Positions 62,608 to 64,000 of a stretch of DNA of 64,000 nt are shown one piece after another. Both the position numbers and the translations under genes were made by a program. The DNA is taken from contig MU008214.1 of assembly GCA_010909165.1 (NCBI GenBank), positions 186,001 to 250,000 of the forward strand, given 5' to 3'. How positions within the stretch are numbered: the first letter of the stretch is position 1; every line of letters starts with the position of its first letter. Below the pieces are notes generated by a model that ran no database searches, was not told the DNA's origin, and was given only the letters and a program-made list of their open reading frames with translations. This stretch comes from Anthoceros angustus. Lineage: Eukaryota > Plantae > Anthocerotophyta.

Positions 62608-64000
62608 GAAGGGGGTTAATATCCGAACCCCCTTCCGCGAAATGAAAACCCCCTTAGCACAATTCACACGTCCTAAATACGCTGCTTTGGCTCTTTTTAA
62701 AAGCAGACGACCATGTTCCAACGAGTAGGAATTGAGAAAATTTTATCGCACAACAAAGACATGAAAGCAGTGCGGGCGCGGCCGGCGCCTTTTCATTGAT
62801 TCTTTGGAACATGGGAAATCAAGACATCAATTGCCTCAATGCAACGGGTCCATAAGTGATTGGGAACTAAGCAAAGCAGCAGATGCACAGTACATGAGAT
62901 CACTAAGCCTACTCCCTACGGCTAACTTGGGACTCGTCCGGTAGAGCAAACTCGAATCCATCACAATAGCGATTTGAATCGCTCCACTTCCTCTTCATCG
63001 GCCGCTCTCCCCAAGGCCCTAGTGTCTTCGTTTAGTCTTGTGTCGTCGTCGTCAGGGGTCGTGGAAGGCTGCCAAACGCTATCCAAGGATTGCTGTCCCT
63101 CTGTCAAAAGTGCTCCAGTTTTGGTCTTCAGCCGCCTTGCGTTTAAGGAAACAACCTGAGCTTGCAGGGAGTCCTTCTCGCTGATACACACCTCCTTTGC
63201 CCAGAATTGCGCAAGTCCTCTGCGGTGGGCGTCAAATGTCAGTTCTTCTTCAGCATCAGGCAGAACCTCATGCCCAGAAATCCTTTGTGCAATATATCCT
63301 GCACACCTCAAGTCGGCTTCTATAGCAATACAATTCGTCGCATAGTAGAGCCGCCAAGAACGTTGTCCCACTCCCGAGCATACATCCAAAACCCAATCCC
63401 CTCTCTCGAGAAGGTTCGGATAAGTTCATCATAAGGCCCAGAGGCCTCGGTATGGGCAAACCACCGACTTGTCGTGGGACATGTACACTGCTTTCTTCAC
63501 AACCGTATCGTGAGCGATCACGACCTCCCATTGTTGAAAGTGCCGTGCATGGCATTGGGCATCATTGGAACTCTATCCCTGTGAACCCATCTTTCATTCC
63601 CCAACCCATGTGACATATTCCACGGTTTGAACCCACCCTGTCATTGTTCATGTTGGTCTTGTCCCATACAAATGAGACCAAGCCCCTTTCTTGCACCACC
63701 TTCGCATGGACTCCACGGTGTGAGCCTCCTCCACACCATGCATGACAATCATTCTCAACTCATCGGAAGTTGTTTTCTGCAAAGCTCGCAAAAGGTGTCC
63801 ATCATCCGCTTGTCAACACGTTTGTCCAAGGGCCCAATTTGAAACCCCTTGGAGCGTCCATCACCATAAGTGTGTCTTGGCGTCCTCTCGAATCCACGCA
63901 TGTCCGCCAAATCTCGGCTTTCCACTTGGTATGCACTTGTTTATCCGAGGAGGGCACATCGAACACCTCCCCCCTCCTCAAGGTCCTTGTCCGCTAAAGC
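62608..64000 (-). mobile_element. Putative DNA transposon (right end at 62608) carrying the N4/N6 methyltransferase; runs off the window
   Basis: Terminus aligns with 16615-16663; abrupt junction with CRE-like sequence at 62607. Confidence 0.55.
62961..64000 (-). pseudogene. Beta-class N4/N6 DNA methyltransferase, copy 2 (frameshifted; N-terminus beyond the window)
   Basis: LMVMDAPRGFKLGPW, KTTSDELRMIVMHGVEEAH, LVSFVWDKTNMNND, CPY(Q)RPLGLMM, DWVLDVCSG/SGTTFLAALLC, NCIAIEADLRC..FWAKEVCISEKDSL. Colinear with copy 1 but with many substitutions. Confidence 0.85.

Overview
This is eukaryotic nuclear DNA from what looks like a non-seed land plant (short GT-AG introns, FPF1, a secreted-type polyphenol oxidase, a PLS-type PPR fragment, telo-boxes); the taxon is inferred, not proven. 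Five host genes look intact: a CYP85-clan P450 (+), an 8-exon class I SAM-methyltransferase-like gene (-), a polyphenol oxidase (+), an FPF1-like gene (-) and a plastid pyruvate kinase beta subunit (-). PPR and GH1 beta-glucosidase fragments are also present. The rest is a transposon mosaic: two different Sola-like DDD transposases with accessory ORFs, Copia LTR elements, many CRE-like (RLE-type) non-LTR fragments, CACTA-like ends, minisatellites and several ~2-kb tandem duplications joined at microhomologies. The most notable signal is two diverged copies of an intronless, prokaryote-type beta-class N4/N6 DNA methyltransferase (17585-18559 + and 62961->64000 -). The second copy lies ~350 bp inside a GAAGGGGG/CCCCCTTC-type terminus that closely resembles the terminus downstream of the Sola1-like transposase. 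This suggests a plant DNA-transposon family carrying an amino-methyltransferase as cargo. Many frameshifts in repeats may be long-read consensus errors rather than real decay. Family assignments come from motif recognition by eye, not from database searches.
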